From: the human T2T-CHM13v2.0 reference genome, Homo sapiens
Direction: 5' to 3' (one strand)
DNA: 64,000 bases
Assembly: GCF_009914755.1 (NCBI RefSeq)
Contig: NC_060948.1
The notes below the pieces were generated by a model, which had not been told where the DNA came from, searched no databases, and was given only the letters and a program-made list of their open reading frames with translations. Position numbers and translations under genes: made by a program. Position 1 is the stretch's first letter. Each line of letters starts with the position of its first letter. Below are positions 36,288-55,634 of this stretch, in pieces.

Positions 36288-38392
36288 AGATCCATATTTT
36301 TTAAATGAAAAAAAATTTCAAAGGTACTCTGCTTGGTACAATAATCAAATGTATAAACTGAGGAATAAAACATAACCATGAAACCTACTTATAACTGCAT
36401 ATGGAAAATACAGAGGATAATTTTTTAAATAACATATTTTGAAAGCCTTAACTAGTAATTTGAAGAGTTGGCATTTGAAAGGCCAGTATGAATATACCTT
36501 CAAAGCAGCAACACAGGTTCCCCATGAGAAAAAGCAAGCACAGGGAAAACAAAAACACAAAGGTTCAATCTCTTCTGACCTTTGAAAGACACAGCACAGA
36601 CAGTGGTCCTTAGGATGAAGAGCAGGAGACCCCGAATTCCGTCACCATGGCGATAGGGCATAAACATTGTTGGGTGAGGGCACAATCCACATTGTGAGGT
36701 CCAACTGCTGCCAGGAAGACAGGAGTGCTTTTACATAGACCTAAAGGTCATTGAAGGCTCAGAGTTTTGTTTCAAGAAATGAATCCCAAGCCCACACGTT
36801 ATTAGGCTGCGCTTCTTAAAACAAGTTATGAGATGGGAAAAAGGGCACCCACAAACATACGTATACATTATGTATATAATAATATACAGTATCATATATA
36901 TAATATATATAACCTATGTATAATACTGTTTTACATCCTGCATCTTATGTTATATATATTGTATAAAATATAATAATTGATAATATATAAGTTTTATAAT
37001 TATACAATATGACATATAGTATATATTATAATTTATGACATATATAATATATGTTATATGTCATATATAGAATATATTATACGGTTAATATACGTATTAA
37101 ATATAAATTATACATTATATATATTATATATAATATATCTGTTATATATAATACCCATTATGCATAATATATATATTATGTCTATGTTATATATAGTATA
37201 AAACAACATATAATAATATATAATTGTATATATAAAATGCGACATATAATATATATTATATTTTATAACATATGTAATATATATTATATATTATATATAA
37301 TACGTTGTATGTATAATACCTATATTAAATATATATTATATGACTATGTTATTAATTACATGTCACATGTGTTATATATTATATATTTTACATAGAATAT
37401 ACCGGTTACATACAATATATACTATGTTACCTATAATGTATAATTTATTACATGTAAAATAAAGAATGCAATATATTATGTATAATTTATAATATACAAT
37501 ATGTGGAATGTGATATATATAACATATAATATATGATATATGATATACAGTATATGATATATAACATACAATATATGATTCCTAATGTATATGGTATACA
37601 ATATATATTTTATGATATGTATTCTATATGTTTTATATTCTGTTATATATAACTATTTGAAATTATATATAACTGTATAATATTTTATGTAAATATGTAA
37701 TATAATATATATAACTATATAATATATTATATATAACTATATATTATGTTATATATACTTTTATAACATAATTTACATAAAATATCATAATATAATATAT
37801 ATTATATTATTTCATATTACATAATATATATTACATATCACCCAATATAACTAACATACATAATATTATAATATAGATTATATTGTGTTATATTAAATAT
37901 CATATATATCATGTATCATATATTCTATAATATATATTACACATTATATAATATGTATGTTGTCTATTATGTGATATATATAACTATATATATAATTATA
38001 TTTTTATACATATAACTAGATAAACATGTAATTCTACATATTTTCATTTATAATATGTAGAATTATATAATCATATATAATTATTTATATTCTATAAAAA
38101 ATTTTATCATTATATAAATTATAATATATAAAAATTATAATATATACTACAAATATATATATTATATATCATATATGATATAGTACCTTTGTTATATATC
38201 ATAATACATATAAATGTGTATTATGTTATCTATAATTATATAATTTCATATATAAGTTGTATAATATGTATCATATATTATATAAGTTATGTAATATATA
38301 TAGTATATATAAGATGACACAGGATAAATATTATATACTATGACATATAAAATATATGAGGTTATATGTTACATATAAGGCATAGCACATAA

Positions 38393-38707
<315 letters not shown>

Positions 38708-40812
38708 AGATCCATATTTTTTAAATGAAAAAAAATTTCAAAGGTACTCTGCTTGGTACAATAATCAAATGTATAAACTGAGGAATAAAACATAACCATG
38801 AAACCTACTTATAACTGCATATGGAAAATACAGAGGATAATTTTTTAAATAACATATTTTGAAAGCCTTAACTAGTAATTTGAAGAGTTGGCATTTGAAA
38901 GGCCAGTATGAATATACCTTCAAAGCAGCAACACAGGTTCCCCATGAGAAAAAGCAAACACAGGGAAAACAAAAACACAAAGGTTCAATCTCTTCTGACC
39001 TTTGAAAGACACAGCACAGACAGTGGTCCTTAGGACGAAGAGCAGGAGACCCCTAATTCCGTCACCATGGCGATAGGGCATAAACATTGCTGGGTGAGGG
39101 CACAATCCACATTGTGAGGTCCAACTGCTGCCAGGAAGACAGGAGTGCTTTTACATAGACCGAAAGGTCATTGAAGGCTCAGAGTTTTGTTTCAAGAACT
39201 GAATCCCAAGCCCACACGTTATTAGGCTGCGCTTCTTAAAACAAGTTATGAGATGGGAAAAAGGGCACCCACAAACATACGTATACATTATGTATATAAT
39301 AATATACAGTATCATATATATAATATATATAACCTATGTATAATATTGTTTTACATCCTGCATCTTATGTTATATATATTGTATAAAATATAATAATTGA
39401 TAATATATAAGTTTTATAATTATACAATATGACATATAGTATATATTATAATTTATGACATATATAATATATGTTATATGTCATATATAGAATATATTAT
39501 ACGGTTAATATACGTATTAAATATAAATTATACATTATATATATTATATATAATATATCTGTTATATATAATACCCATTATGCATAATATATATATTATG
39601 TCTATGTTATATATAGTATAAAACAACATATAATAATATATAATTGTATATATAAAATGCGACATATAATATATATTATATTTTATAACATATGTAATAT
39701 ATATTATATATTATATATAATACGTTGTATGTATAATACCTGTATTAAATATATATTATATGACTATGTTATTAATTACATGTCACATGTGTTATATATT
39801 ATATATTTTGCATAGAATATACCGGTTACATACAATATATACTATGTTACCTATAATGTATAATTTATTACATGTAAAATAAATAATGCAATATATTATG
39901 TATAATTTATAATATACCATATGTGGAATGTGATATATATAACATATAATATATGATATATGATATACAGTATATGATATATAACATACAATATATGATT
40001 CCTAATATACATGGTATACAATATATATTTTATGATATATATTCTATATGTCTTATATTCTGTTATATATAACTATTTGAAATTATATATAACTGTATAA
40101 TATTTTATGTAAATATGTAATATAATATATATAACTATATAATATATTATATATAACTATATATTATGTTATATATACTTTTATAACATAATTTACATAA
40201 AATATCATAATATAATATATATTATATTATTTCATATTACATAATATATATTACATATCACCCAATATAACTAACATACATAATATTATAATATAGATTA
40301 TATTGTGTTATATTAAATATCATATATATCATGTATCATATATTCTATAATATATATTACACATTATATAATATGTATGTTGTCTATTATGTGATATATA
40401 TAACTCTATATATAATTATATTTTTATACATATAACTAGATAAACATGTAATTCTACATATTTTCATTTATAATATGTAGAATTATATAATCATATATAA
40501 TTATTTATATTCTATAAAAAATTTTATCATTATATAAATTATAATATATAAAAATTATAATATGTACTACAAATATATATATTATATATCATATATGATA
40601 TAGTACCTTTGTTATATATCATAATACATATAAATGTGTATTATGTTATCTATAATTATATAATTTCTTATATAAGATGTATAATATGTATCATATATTA
40701 TATAAGTTATGTAATATATATAGTATATATAAGATGACACAGGATAAATATTATATACTATGACATATAAAATATATGAGGTTATATGTTACATATAAGG
40801 CATAGCACATAA

Positions 40813-41127
<315 letters not shown>

Positions 41128-43255
41128 AGATCCATATTTTTTAAATGAAAAAAAATTTCAAAGGTACTCTGCTTGGTACAATAATCAAATGTATAAACTG
41201 AAGAATAAAACATAACCATGAAACCTACTTATAACTGCATATGGAAAATACAGAGGATAATTTTTTAAATAACATATTTTGAAAGCCTTAACTAGTAATT
41301 TGAAGAGTTGGCATTTGAAAGGCCAGTATGAATATACCTTCAAAGCAGCAACACAGGTTCCCCATGAGAAAAAGCAAACACAGGGAAAACAAAAACACAA
41401 AGGTTCAATCTCTTCTGACCTTTGAAAGACACAGCACAGACAGTGGTCCTTAGGACGAAGAGCAGGAGACCCCTAATTCCGTCACCATGGCGATAGGGCA
41501 TAAACATTGCTGGGTGAGGGCACAATCCACATTGTGAGGTCCAACTGCTGCCAGGAAGACAGGAGTGCTTTTACATAGACCGAAAGGTCATTGAAGGCTC
41601 AGAGTTTTGTTTCAAGAACTGAATCCCAAGCCCACACGTTATTAGGCTGCGCTTCTTAAAACAAGTTATGAGATGGGAAAAAGGGCACCCACAAACATAC
41701 GTATACATTATGTATATAATAATATACAGTATCATATATATAATATATATAACCTATGTATAATATTGTTTTACATCCTGCATCTTATGTTATATATATT
41801 GTATAAAATATAATAATTGATAATATATAAGTTTTATAATTATACAATAAGACATATAGTATATATTATAATTTGTGACATATATAATATATGTTATATG
41901 TCATATATAGAATATATTATACGGTTAATATACGTATTAAATATAAATTATACATTATATATATTATATATATTATATCTGTTATATATAATACCCATTA
42001 TGCATAATATATATATTATGTCTATGTTATATATAGTATAAAACAACATATAATAATATATAATTGTATATATAAAATGCGACATATAATATATATTATA
42101 TTTTATAACATATGTAATATATATTATATATTATATATAATACGTTGTATGTATAATACCTATATTAAATATATATTATATGACTATGTTATTAATTACA
42201 TGTCACATGTGTTATATATTATATATTTTACATAGAATATACCGGTTACATACAATATATACTATGTTACCTATAATGTATAATTTATTACATGTAAAAT
42301 AAATAATGCAATATATTATGTATAATTTATAATATACCATATGTGGAATGTGATATATATAACATATAATATATGATATATGATATACAGTATATGATAT
42401 ATAACATACAATATATGATTCCTAATATATATGGTATACAATATATATTTTATGATATGTATTCTATATGTTTTATATTCTGTTATATATAACTATTTGA
42501 AATTATATATAACTGTATAATATTTTATGTAAATATGTAATATAATATATATAACTATATAATATATTATATATAACTATATATTATGTTATATATACTT
42601 TCATAACATAATTTACATAAAATATCATAATATAATATATATTATATTATTTCATATTACATAATATATATTACATATCACCCAATATAACTAACATACA
42701 TAATATTATAATATAGATTATATTGTGTTATATTAAATATCATATATATCATGTATCATATATTCTATAATATATATTACACATTATATAATATGTATGT
42801 TGTCTATTATGTGATATACATAACTATATATATAATTATATTTTTATACATATAACTAGATAAACATGTAATTCTACATATTTTCATTTATAATATGTAG
42901 AATTATATAATCATATATAATTATTTATATTCTATAAAAAATTTTATCATTATATAAATTATAATATATAAAAATTATAATATGTACTACAAATATATAT
43001 ATTATATATCATATATGATATAGTACCTTTGTTATATATCATAATACATATAAATGTGTATTATGTTATCTATAATTATATAATTTCATATATAAGATGT
43101 ATAATATGTATCATATATTATATATGTTATGTAATATATATAGTATATATAAGATGACACAGGATAAATATTATATACTATGACATATAAAATATATGAG
43201 GTTATATGTTACATATAAGGCATAGCACATAACATGTAATATATATCACATATAA

Positions 43256-43547
43256 TTTTTTTTTAGACAGAATCTTGTCCTGTTGCACAGGGTGGGGTAC
43301 AATGGCGCCATCTTTGATCACTGCAACTTCTGCCTCACGGGTCCAAGCGATTGTCCTCCCTCAGCCTCCCAGGTAGCTGGGACTACACCACACTGGGACT
43401 ACACCAGCTGCCACCATGCCTAGCTAATTTTTTGGATTTTTAGTAGTGACAGCGTTTCACTGTATTGGCCAGGATGGTCTTGATCTCTTCACCTTGTGAT
43501 CCCCTTGCCTTGGCCTCCAAATTTGCTGGGATTACAGGCCTGAGCCA
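43256..43547 (-). mobile_element. Diverged Alu SINE in satellite monomer
   Basis: Near-identical copy; tttgatca variant. Confidence 0.95.
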
Positions 43548-45675
43548 AGATCCATATTTTTTAAATGAAAAAAAATTTCAAAGGTACTCTGCTTGGTACA
43601 ATAATCAAATGTATAAACTGAAGAATAAAACATAACCATGAAACCTACTTATAACTGCATATGGAAAATACAGAGGATAATTTTTTAAATAACATATTTT
43701 GAAAGCCTTAACTAGTAATTTGAAGAGTTGGCATTTGAAAGGTCAGTATGAATATACCTTCAAAGCAGCAACACAGGTTCCCCATGAGAAAAAGCAAACA
43801 CAGGGAAAACAAAAACACAAAGGTTCAATCTCTTCTGACCTTTGAAAGACACAGCACAGACAGTGGTCCTTAGGACGAAGAGCAGGAGACCCCTAATTCC
43901 GTCACCATGGCGATAGGGCATAAACATTGCTGGGTGAGGGCACAATCCACATTGTGAGGTCCAACTGCTGCCAGGAAGACAGGAGTGCTTTTACATAGAC
44001 CGAAAGGTCATTGAAGGCTCAGAGTTTTGTTTCAAGAACTGAATCCCAAGCCCACACGTTATTAGGCTGCGCTTCTTAAAACAAGTTATGAGATGGGAAA
44101 AAGGGCACCCACAAACATACGTATACATTATGTATATAATAATATACAGTATCATATATATAATATATATAACCTATGTATAATATTGTTTTACATCCTG
44201 CATCTTATGTTATATATATTGTATAAAATATAATAATTGATAATATATAAGTTTTATAATTATACAATATGACATATAGTATATATTATAATTTATGACA
44301 TATATAATATATGTTATATGTCATATATAGAATATATTATACGGTTAATATACGTATTAAATATAAATTATACATTATATATATTATATATAATATATCT
44401 GTTATATATAATACCCATTATGAATAATATATATATTATGTCTATGTTATATATAGTATAAAACAACATATAATAATATATAATTGTATATATAAAATGC
44501 GACATAGAATATATATTATATTTTATAACATATGTAATATATATTATATATTATATATAATACGTTGTATGTATAATACCTATATTGAATATATATTATA
44601 TGACTATGTTATTAATTACATGTCACATGTGTTATATATTATATATTTTACATAGAATATACCGGTTACATACAATATAAACTATGTTACCTATAATGTA
44701 TAATTTATTACATGTAAAATAAATAATGCAATATATTATGTATAATTTATAATATACAATATGTGGAATGTGATATATATAACATATAATATATGATATA
44801 TGATATACAGTATATGATATATAACATACAATATATGATTCCTAATATATATGGTATACAATATATATTTTATGATATGTATTCTATATGTTTTATATTC
44901 TGTTATATATAACTATTTGAAATTATATATAACTGTACAATATTTTATGTAAATATGTAATATAATATATATAACTATATAATATATTATATATAACTAT
45001 ATATTATGTTATATATACTTTTATAACATAATTTACATAAAATATCATAATATAATATATATTATATTATTTCATATTACATAATATATATTACATATCA
45101 CCCAATATAACTAACTTACATAATATTATAATATAGATTATATTGTGTTATATTAAATATCATATATATCATGTATCATATATTCTATAATATATATTAC
45201 ACATTATATAATATGTATGTTGTCTATTATGTGATATACATAACTATATATATAATTATATTTTTATACATATAACTAGATAAACATGTAATTCTACATA
45301 TTTTCATTTATAATATGTAGAATTATATAATCATATATAATTATTTATATTCTATAAAAAATTTTATCATTATATAAATTATAATATATAAAAATTATAA
45401 TATGTACTACAAATATATATATTATATATCATATATGATATAGTACCTTTGTTATATATCATAATACATATAAATGTGTATTATGTTATCTATAATTATA
45501 TAATTTCATATATAAGATGTATAATATGTATCATATATTATATATGTTATGTAATATATATAGTATATATAAGATGACACAGGATAAATATTATATACTA
45601 TGACATATAAAATATATGAGGTTATATGTTACATATAAGGCATAGCACATAACATGTAATATATATCACATATAA

Positions 45676-45967
45676 TTTTTTTTTAGACAGAATCTTGTCC
45701 TGTTGCACAGGGTGGGGTACAATGGCGCCATCTTTGATCACTGCAACTTCTGCCTCACGGGTCCAAGCGATTGTCCTCCCTCAGCCTCCCAGGTAGCTGG
45801 GACTACACCACACTGGGACTACACCAGCTGCCACCATGCCTAGCTAATTTTTTGGATTTTTAGTAGTGACAGCGTTTCACTGTATTGGCCAGGATGGTCT
45901 TGATCTCTTCACCTTGTGATCCCCTTGCCTTGGCCTCCAAATTTGCTGGGATTACAGGCCTGAGCCA
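45676..45967 (-). mobile_element. Diverged Alu SINE in satellite monomer
   Basis: Near-identical copy; tttgatca variant. Confidence 0.95.
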
Positions 45968-48068
45968 AGATCCATATTTTTTAAATAAAAAAAAATTTCA
46001 AAGGTACTCTGCTTGGTACAATAATCAAATGTATAAACTGAGGAATAAAACATAACCATGAAACCTACTTATAACTGCATATGGAAAATACAGAGGATAA
46101 TTTTTTAAATAACATATTTTGAAAGCCTTAACTAGTAATTTGAAGAGTTGGCATTTGAAAGGCCAGTATGAATATACCTTCAAAGCAGCAACACAGGTTC
46201 CCCATGAGAAAAAGCAAACACAGGGAAAACAAAAACACAAAGGTTCAATCTCTTCTGACCTTTGAAAGACACAGCACAGACAGTGGTCCTTAGGACGAAG
46301 AGCAGGAGACCCCTAATTCCGTCACCATGGCGATAGGGCATAAACATTGCTGGGTGAGGGCACAATCCACATTGTGAGGTCCAACTGCTGCCAGGAAGAC
46401 AGGAGTGCTTTTACATAGACCGAAAGGTCATTGAAGGCTCAGAGTTTTGTTTCAAGAACTGAATCCCAAGCCCACACGTTATTAGGCTGCGCTTCTTAAA
46501 ACAAGTTATGAGATGGGAAAAAGGGCACCCACAAACATACGTATACATTATGTATATAATAATATACAGTATCATATATATAATATATATAACCTATGTA
46601 TAATATTGTTTTACATCCTGCATCTTATGTTATATATATTGTATAAAATATAATAATTGATAATATATAAGTTTTATAATTATACAATATGACATATAGT
46701 ATATATTATAATTTATGACATATATAATATATGTTATATGTCATATATAGAATATATTATACGGTTAATATACGTATTAAATATAAATTATACATTATAT
46801 ATATTATATATAATATATCTGTTATATATAATACCCATTATGAATAATATATATATTATGTCTATGTTATATATAGTATAAAACAACATATAATAATATA
46901 TAATTGTATATATAAAATGCGACATAGAATATATATTATATTTTATAACATATGTAATATATATTATATATTATATATAATACGTTGTATGTATAATACC
47001 TATATTAAATATATATTATATGACTATGTTATTAATTACATGTCACATGTGTTATATATTATATATTTTACATAGAATATACCGGTTACATACAATATAT
47101 ACTATGTTACCTATAATGTATAATTTATTACATGTAAAATAAAGAATGCAATATATTATGTATAATTTATAATATACCATATGTGGAATGTGATATATAT
47201 AACATATAATATATGATATATGATATACAGTATATGATATATAACATACAATATATGATTCCTAATATATATGGTATACAATATATATTTTATGATATGT
47301 ATTCTATATGTTTTATATTCTGTTACATATAACTATTTGAAATTATATATAACTGTATAATATTTTATGTAAATATGTAATATAATATATATAACTATAT
47401 AATATATTATATATAACTATATATTATGTTATATATACTTTTATAACATAATTTACATAAAATATCATAATATAATATATATTATATTATTTCATATTAC
47501 ATAATATATATTACATATCACCCAATATAACTAACATACATAATATTATAATATAGATTATATTGTGTTATATTAAATATCATATATATCATGTATCATA
47601 TATTCTATAATATATATTACACATTATATAATATGTATGTTGTCTATTATGTGATATATATAACTATATATATAATTATATTTTTATACATATAACTAGA
47701 TAAACTTGTAATTCTACATATTTTCATTTATAATATGTAGAATTATATAATCATATATAATTATATTCTATAAAAAATTTTATCATTATATAAATTATAA
47801 TATATAAAAATTATAATATGTACTACAAATATATATATTATATATCATATATGATATAGTACCTTTGTTATATATCATAATACATATAAATGTGTATTAT
47901 GTTATCTATAATTATATAATTTCATATATAAGATGTATAATATGTATCATATATTATATATGTTATGTAATATATATAGTATATATAAGATGACACAGGA
48001 TAAATATTATATACTATGACATATAAAATATATGAGGTTATATGTTACATATAAGGCATAGCACATAA

Positions 48069-48383
<315 letters not shown>

Positions 48384-50486
48384 AGATCCATATTTTTTAA
48401 ATGAAAAAAAATTTCAAAGGTACTCTGCTTGGTACAATAATCAAATGTATAAACTGAGGAATAAAACATAACCATGAAACCTACTTATAACTGCATATGG
48501 AAAATACAGAGGATAATTTTTTAAATAACATATTTTGAAAGCCTTAACTAGTAATTTGAAGAGTTGGCATTTGAAAGGCCAGTATGAATATACCTTCAAA
48601 GCAGCAACACAGGTTCCCCATGAGAAAAAGCAAACACAGGGAAAACAAAAACACAAAGGTTCAATCTCTTCTGACCTTTGAAAGACACAGCACAGACAGT
48701 GGTCCTTAGGACGAAGAGCAGGAGACCCCTAATTCCGTCACCATGGCGATAGGGCATAAACATTGCTGGGTGAGGGCACAATCCACATTGTGAGGTCCAA
48801 CTGCTGCCAGGAAGACAGGAGTGCTTTTACATAGACCGAAAGGTCATTGAAGGCTCAGAGTTTTGTTTCAAGAACTGAATCCCAAGCCCACACGTTATTA
48901 GGCTGCGCTTCTTAAAACAAGTTATGAGATGGGAAAAAGGGCACCCACAAACATACGTATACATTATGTATATAATAATATATAGTATGATATATATAAT
49001 ATATATAACCTATGTATAATATTGTTTTACATCCTGCATCTTATGTTATATGTATTTTATAAAATATAATAATTGATAATATATAAGTTTTATAATTATA
49101 CAATATGACATATAGTATATATTATAATTTATGACATATATAATATATGTTATATGTCATATATAGAATATATTATACGGTTAATATACGTATTAAATAT
49201 AAATTATACATTATATATATTATATATAATATATCTGTTATATATAATACCCATTATGCATAATATATATATTATGTCTATGTTATATATAGTATAAAAC
49301 AACATATAATAATATATAATTGTATATATAAAATGCGACATAGAATATATATTATATTTTATAACATATGTAATATATATTATATATTATATATAATACG
49401 TTGTATGTATAATACCTATATTAAATGTATATTATATGACTATGTTATTAATTACATGTCACATGTGTTATATATTATATATTTTACATAGAATATACCG
49501 GTTACATACAATATATACTATGTTACCTATAATGTATAATTTATTACATGTAAAATAAAGACTGCAATATATTATGTATAATTTATAATATACAATATGT
49601 GGAATGTGATATATACAACATATAATATATGATATATGATGTACAGTATATGATATATAACATACAATATATGATTCCTAATATATATGGTATACAATAT
49701 ATATTTTATGATATGTATTCTATATGTTTTATATTCTGTTATATATAACTATTTGAAATTATATATAACTATATAATATTTTATGTAAATATGTAATATA
49801 ATATACATTAACTATATAATATATTATATATAACTATATATTATGTTATATATACTTTTATAACATAATTTACATAAAATATAATATAATATATATTATA
49901 ATATTTCATATTACATAATATATATTACATATCACCCAATATAACTAACATACATAATATTATAATATAGATTATATTGTGTTATATTAAATATCATATA
50001 TATCATGTATCATATATTCTATAATATATATTACAGATTATATAATATGTATGTTGTCTATTATGTGATATATATAACTATATATATAACTATATTTTTA
50101 TACATATAACTAGATAAACATGTAATTCTACATATTTTCATTTATAATATGTAGAATTATATAATCATATATAATTATTTATATTCTATAAAAAATTTTA
50201 TCATTATATAAATTATAATATATAAAAATTATAATATGTACTACAAATATATATATTATATATCATATATGATATAGTACCTTTGTTATATATCATAATA
50301 CATATAAATGTGTATTATGTTATCTATAATTATATAATTACATATATAAGATGTATAATATGTATCATATATTATATATGTTATGTAATATATATAGTAT
50401 ATATAAGATGACACAGGATAAATATTATATACTATGACATATAAAATATATGAGGTTATATGTTACATATAAGGCATAGCACATAA

Positions 50487-50801
<315 letters not shown>

Positions 50802-52899
50802 AGATCCATATTTTTTAAATGAAAAAAAATTTCAAAGGTACTCTGCTTGGTACAATAATCAAATGTATAAACTGAGGAATAAAACATAACCATGAAACCT
50901 ACTTATAACTGCATATGGAAAATACAGAGGATAATTTTTTAAATAACATATTTTGAAAGCCTTAACTAGTAATTTGAAGAGTTGGCATTTGAAAGGCCAG
51001 TATGAATATACCTTCAAAGCAGCAACACAGGTTCCCCATGAGAAAAAGCAAACACAGGGAAAATAAAAACACAAAGGTTCAATCTCTTCTGACCTTTGAA
51101 AGACACAGCACAGACAGTGGTCCTTAGGACGAAGAGCAGGAGACCCCTAATTCCGTCACAATGGCGATAGGACATAAACATTGCTGGGTGAGGGTACAAT
51201 CCACATTGTGAGGTCCAACTGCTGCCAGGAAGACAGGAATGCTTTTACATAGACCGAAAGGTCATTGAAGGCTCAGAGTTTTGTTTCAAGAACTGAATCC
51301 CAAGCCCACACGTTATTAGGCTGCGCTTCTTAAAACAAGTTATGAGATTGGAAAAAGGGTACCAACAAACATACGTATACATTATGTATATAATAATATA
51401 CAGTATCATATATATAATATATATAACCTATGTATAATATTGTTTTACATCCTGCATCTTATGTTATATATATTGTACAAAATATAATAATTGATAATAT
51501 ATAAGTTTTATAATTATACAATATGACATATAGTATATATTATAATTTATGACATATATAATATATGTTATATATCATATATAGAATATATTATACGGTT
51601 AATATACGTATTAAATATAAATTATACATTATATATATTATATATAATATATCTGTTATATATAATACCCATTATGCATAATATATATATTATGTCTATG
51701 TTATATATAGTATAAAACAACATATAATAATATATAATTGTATATATAAAATGCGACATATAATATATATTATATTTTATAACATATGTAATATATATTA
51801 TATATAATACGTTGTATGTATAATACCTATATTAAATATATATTATATGACTATGTTATTAATTACATGTCACATGTGTTATATATTATATATTTTACAT
51901 AGAATATACCGGTTACATACAATATATACTATGTTACCTATAATGTATAATTTATTACATGTAAAATAAAGACTGCAATATATTATGTATAATTTATAAT
52001 ATACAATATGTGGAATGTGATATATATAACATATAATATATGATATATGATATACAGTATATGATATATAACATACAATATATGATTCCTAATATATATG
52101 GTATACAATATATATTTTATGATATGTATTCTATATGTTTTATATTCTGTTATATATAACTATTTGAAATTATATATAACTGTATAATATTTTATGTAAA
52201 TATGTAATATAATATATATAACTATATAATATATTAGATATAACTATATATTATGTTATATATACTTTTATAACATAATTTACATAAAATATCATAATAT
52301 AATATATATTATATTATTTCATATTACATAATATATATTACATATCACCCAATATAACTAACATACATAATATTATAATATAGATTATATTGTGTTATAT
52401 TAAATATCATATATATCATGTATCATATATTCTATAATATATATTACACGTTATATAATATGTATGTTGTCTATTATGTGATATATATAACTATATATAT
52501 AATTATATTTTTATACATATAACTAGATAAACATGTAATTCTACATATTTTCATTTATAATATGTAGAATTATATAATCATATATAATTATTTATATTCT
52601 ATAAAAAATTTTATCATTATATAAATTATAATATATAAAAATTATAATATGTACTACAAATATATATATTATATATCATATATGATATAGTACCTTTGTT
52701 ATATATCATAATACATATAAATGTGTATTATGTTATCTATAATTATATAATTTCATATATAAGATGTATAATATGTGTCATATATTATATATGTTATGTA
52801 ATATATATAGTATATATAAGATGACACAGGATAAATATTATATACTATGACATATAAAATATATGAGGTTATATGTTACATATAAGGCATAGCACATAA

Positions 52900-53214
<315 letters not shown>

Positions 53215-55342
53215 AGATCCATATTGTTTAAATGAAAAAAAATTTCAAAGGTACTCTGCTTGGTACAATAATCAAATGTATAAACTGAGGAATAAAACAT
53301 AACCATGAAACCTACTTATAACTGCATATGGAAAATACAGAGGATAATTTTTTAAATAACATATTTTGAAAGCCTTAACTAGTAATTTGAAGAGTTGGCA
53401 TTTGAAAGGCCAGTATGAATATACCTTCAAAGCAGCAACACAGGTTCCCCATGAGAAAAAGCAAACACAGGGAAAATAAAAACACAAAGGTTCAATCTCT
53501 TCTGACCTTTGAAAGACACAGCACAGACAGTGGTCCTTAGGACGAAGAGCAGGAGACCCCTAATTCCGTCACCATGGCGATAGGGCATAAACATTGCTGG
53601 GTGAGGGCACAATCCACATTGTGAGGTCCAACTGCTGCCAGGAAGACAGGAGTGCTTTTACATAGACCGAAAGGTCATTGAAGGCTCAGAGTTTTGTTTC
53701 AAGAACTGAATCCCAAGCCCACACGTTATTAGGCTGCGCTTCTTAAAACAAGTTATGAGATGGGAAAAAGGGCACCCACAAACATACGTATACATTATGT
53801 ATATAATAATATACAGTATCATATATATAATATATATAACCTATGTATAATATTGTTTTACATCCTGCATCTTATGTTATATATATTGTATAAAATATAA
53901 TAATTGATAATATATAAGTTTTATAATTATACAATATGACATATAGTATATATTATAATTTATGACATATATAATATATGTTATATATCATATATAGAAT
54001 ATATTATACGGTTAATATACGTATTAAATATAAATTATACATTATATATATTATATATAATATATCTGTTATATATAATACCCATTATGCATAATATATA
54101 TATTATGTCTATGTTATATATAGTATAAAACAACATATAATAATATATAATTGTATATATAAAATGCGACATATAATATATATTATATTTTATAACATAT
54201 GTAATATATATTATATATTATATATAATACGTTGTATGTATAATACCTATATTAAATATATATTATATGACTATGTTATTAATTACATGTCACATGTGTT
54301 ATATATTATATATTTTACATAGAATATACCGGTTACATACAATATATACTATGTTACCTATAATGTATAATTTATTACATGTAAAATAAATAATGCAATA
54401 TATTATGTATAATTTATAATATACCATATGTGGAATGTGATATATATAACATATAATATATGATATATGATATACAGTATATGATATATAACATACAATA
54501 TATGATTCCTAATATATATGGTATACAATATATATTTTATGATAAGTATTCTATATGTTTTATATTCTGTTATATATAACTATTTGAAATTATATATAAC
54601 TGTATAATATTTTATGTAAATATGTAATATAATATATATAACTATATAATATATTATATATAACTATATATTATGTTATATATACTTTTATAACATAATT
54701 TACATAAAATATCATAATATAATATATATTATATTATTTCATATTACATAATATATATTACATATCACCCAGTATAACTAACATACATAATATTATAATA
54801 TAGATTATATTCTGTTATATTAAATATCATATATATCATGTATCATATATTCTATAATATATATTACACATTATATAATATGTATGTTATCTATTATGTG
54901 ATATATATAACTATATATATAATTATATTTTTATACATATAACTAGATAAACATGTAATTCTACATATTTTCATTTATAATATGTAGAATTATATAATCA
55001 TATATAATTATTTATATTCTATAAAAAATTTTATCATTATATAAATTATAATATATAAAAATTATAATATGTACTACAAATATATATATTATATATCATA
55101 TATGATATAGTACCTTTGTTATATATCATAATACATATAAATGTGTATTATGTTATCTATAATTATATAATTTCATATATAAGATGTATAATATGTATCA
55201 TATATTATATATGTTATGTAATATATATAGTATATATAAGATGACACAGGATAAATATTATATACTATGACATATAAAATATATCAGGTTATATGTTACA
55301 TATAAGGCATAGCACATAACATGTAATGTATATCAGATATAA

Positions 55343-55634
55343 TTTTTTTTTAGACAGAATCTTGTCCTGTTGCACAGGGTGGGGTACAATGGCGCCATCT
55401 TTGCTCACTGCAACTTCTGCCTCACGGGTCCAAGCGATTGTCCTCCCTCAGCCTCCCAGGTAGCTGGGACTACACCACACTGGGACTACACCAGCTGCCA
55501 CCATGCCTAGCTAATTTTTTGGATTTTTAGTAGTGACAGCGTTTCACTGTATTGGCCAGGATGGTCTTGATCTCTTCACCTTGTGATCCCCTTGCCTTGG
55601 CCTCCAAATTTGCTGGGATTACAGGCCTGAGCCA
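55343..55634 (-). mobile_element. Diverged Alu SINE in satellite monomer
   Basis: Near-identical copy of 2159-2449. Confidence 0.95.
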
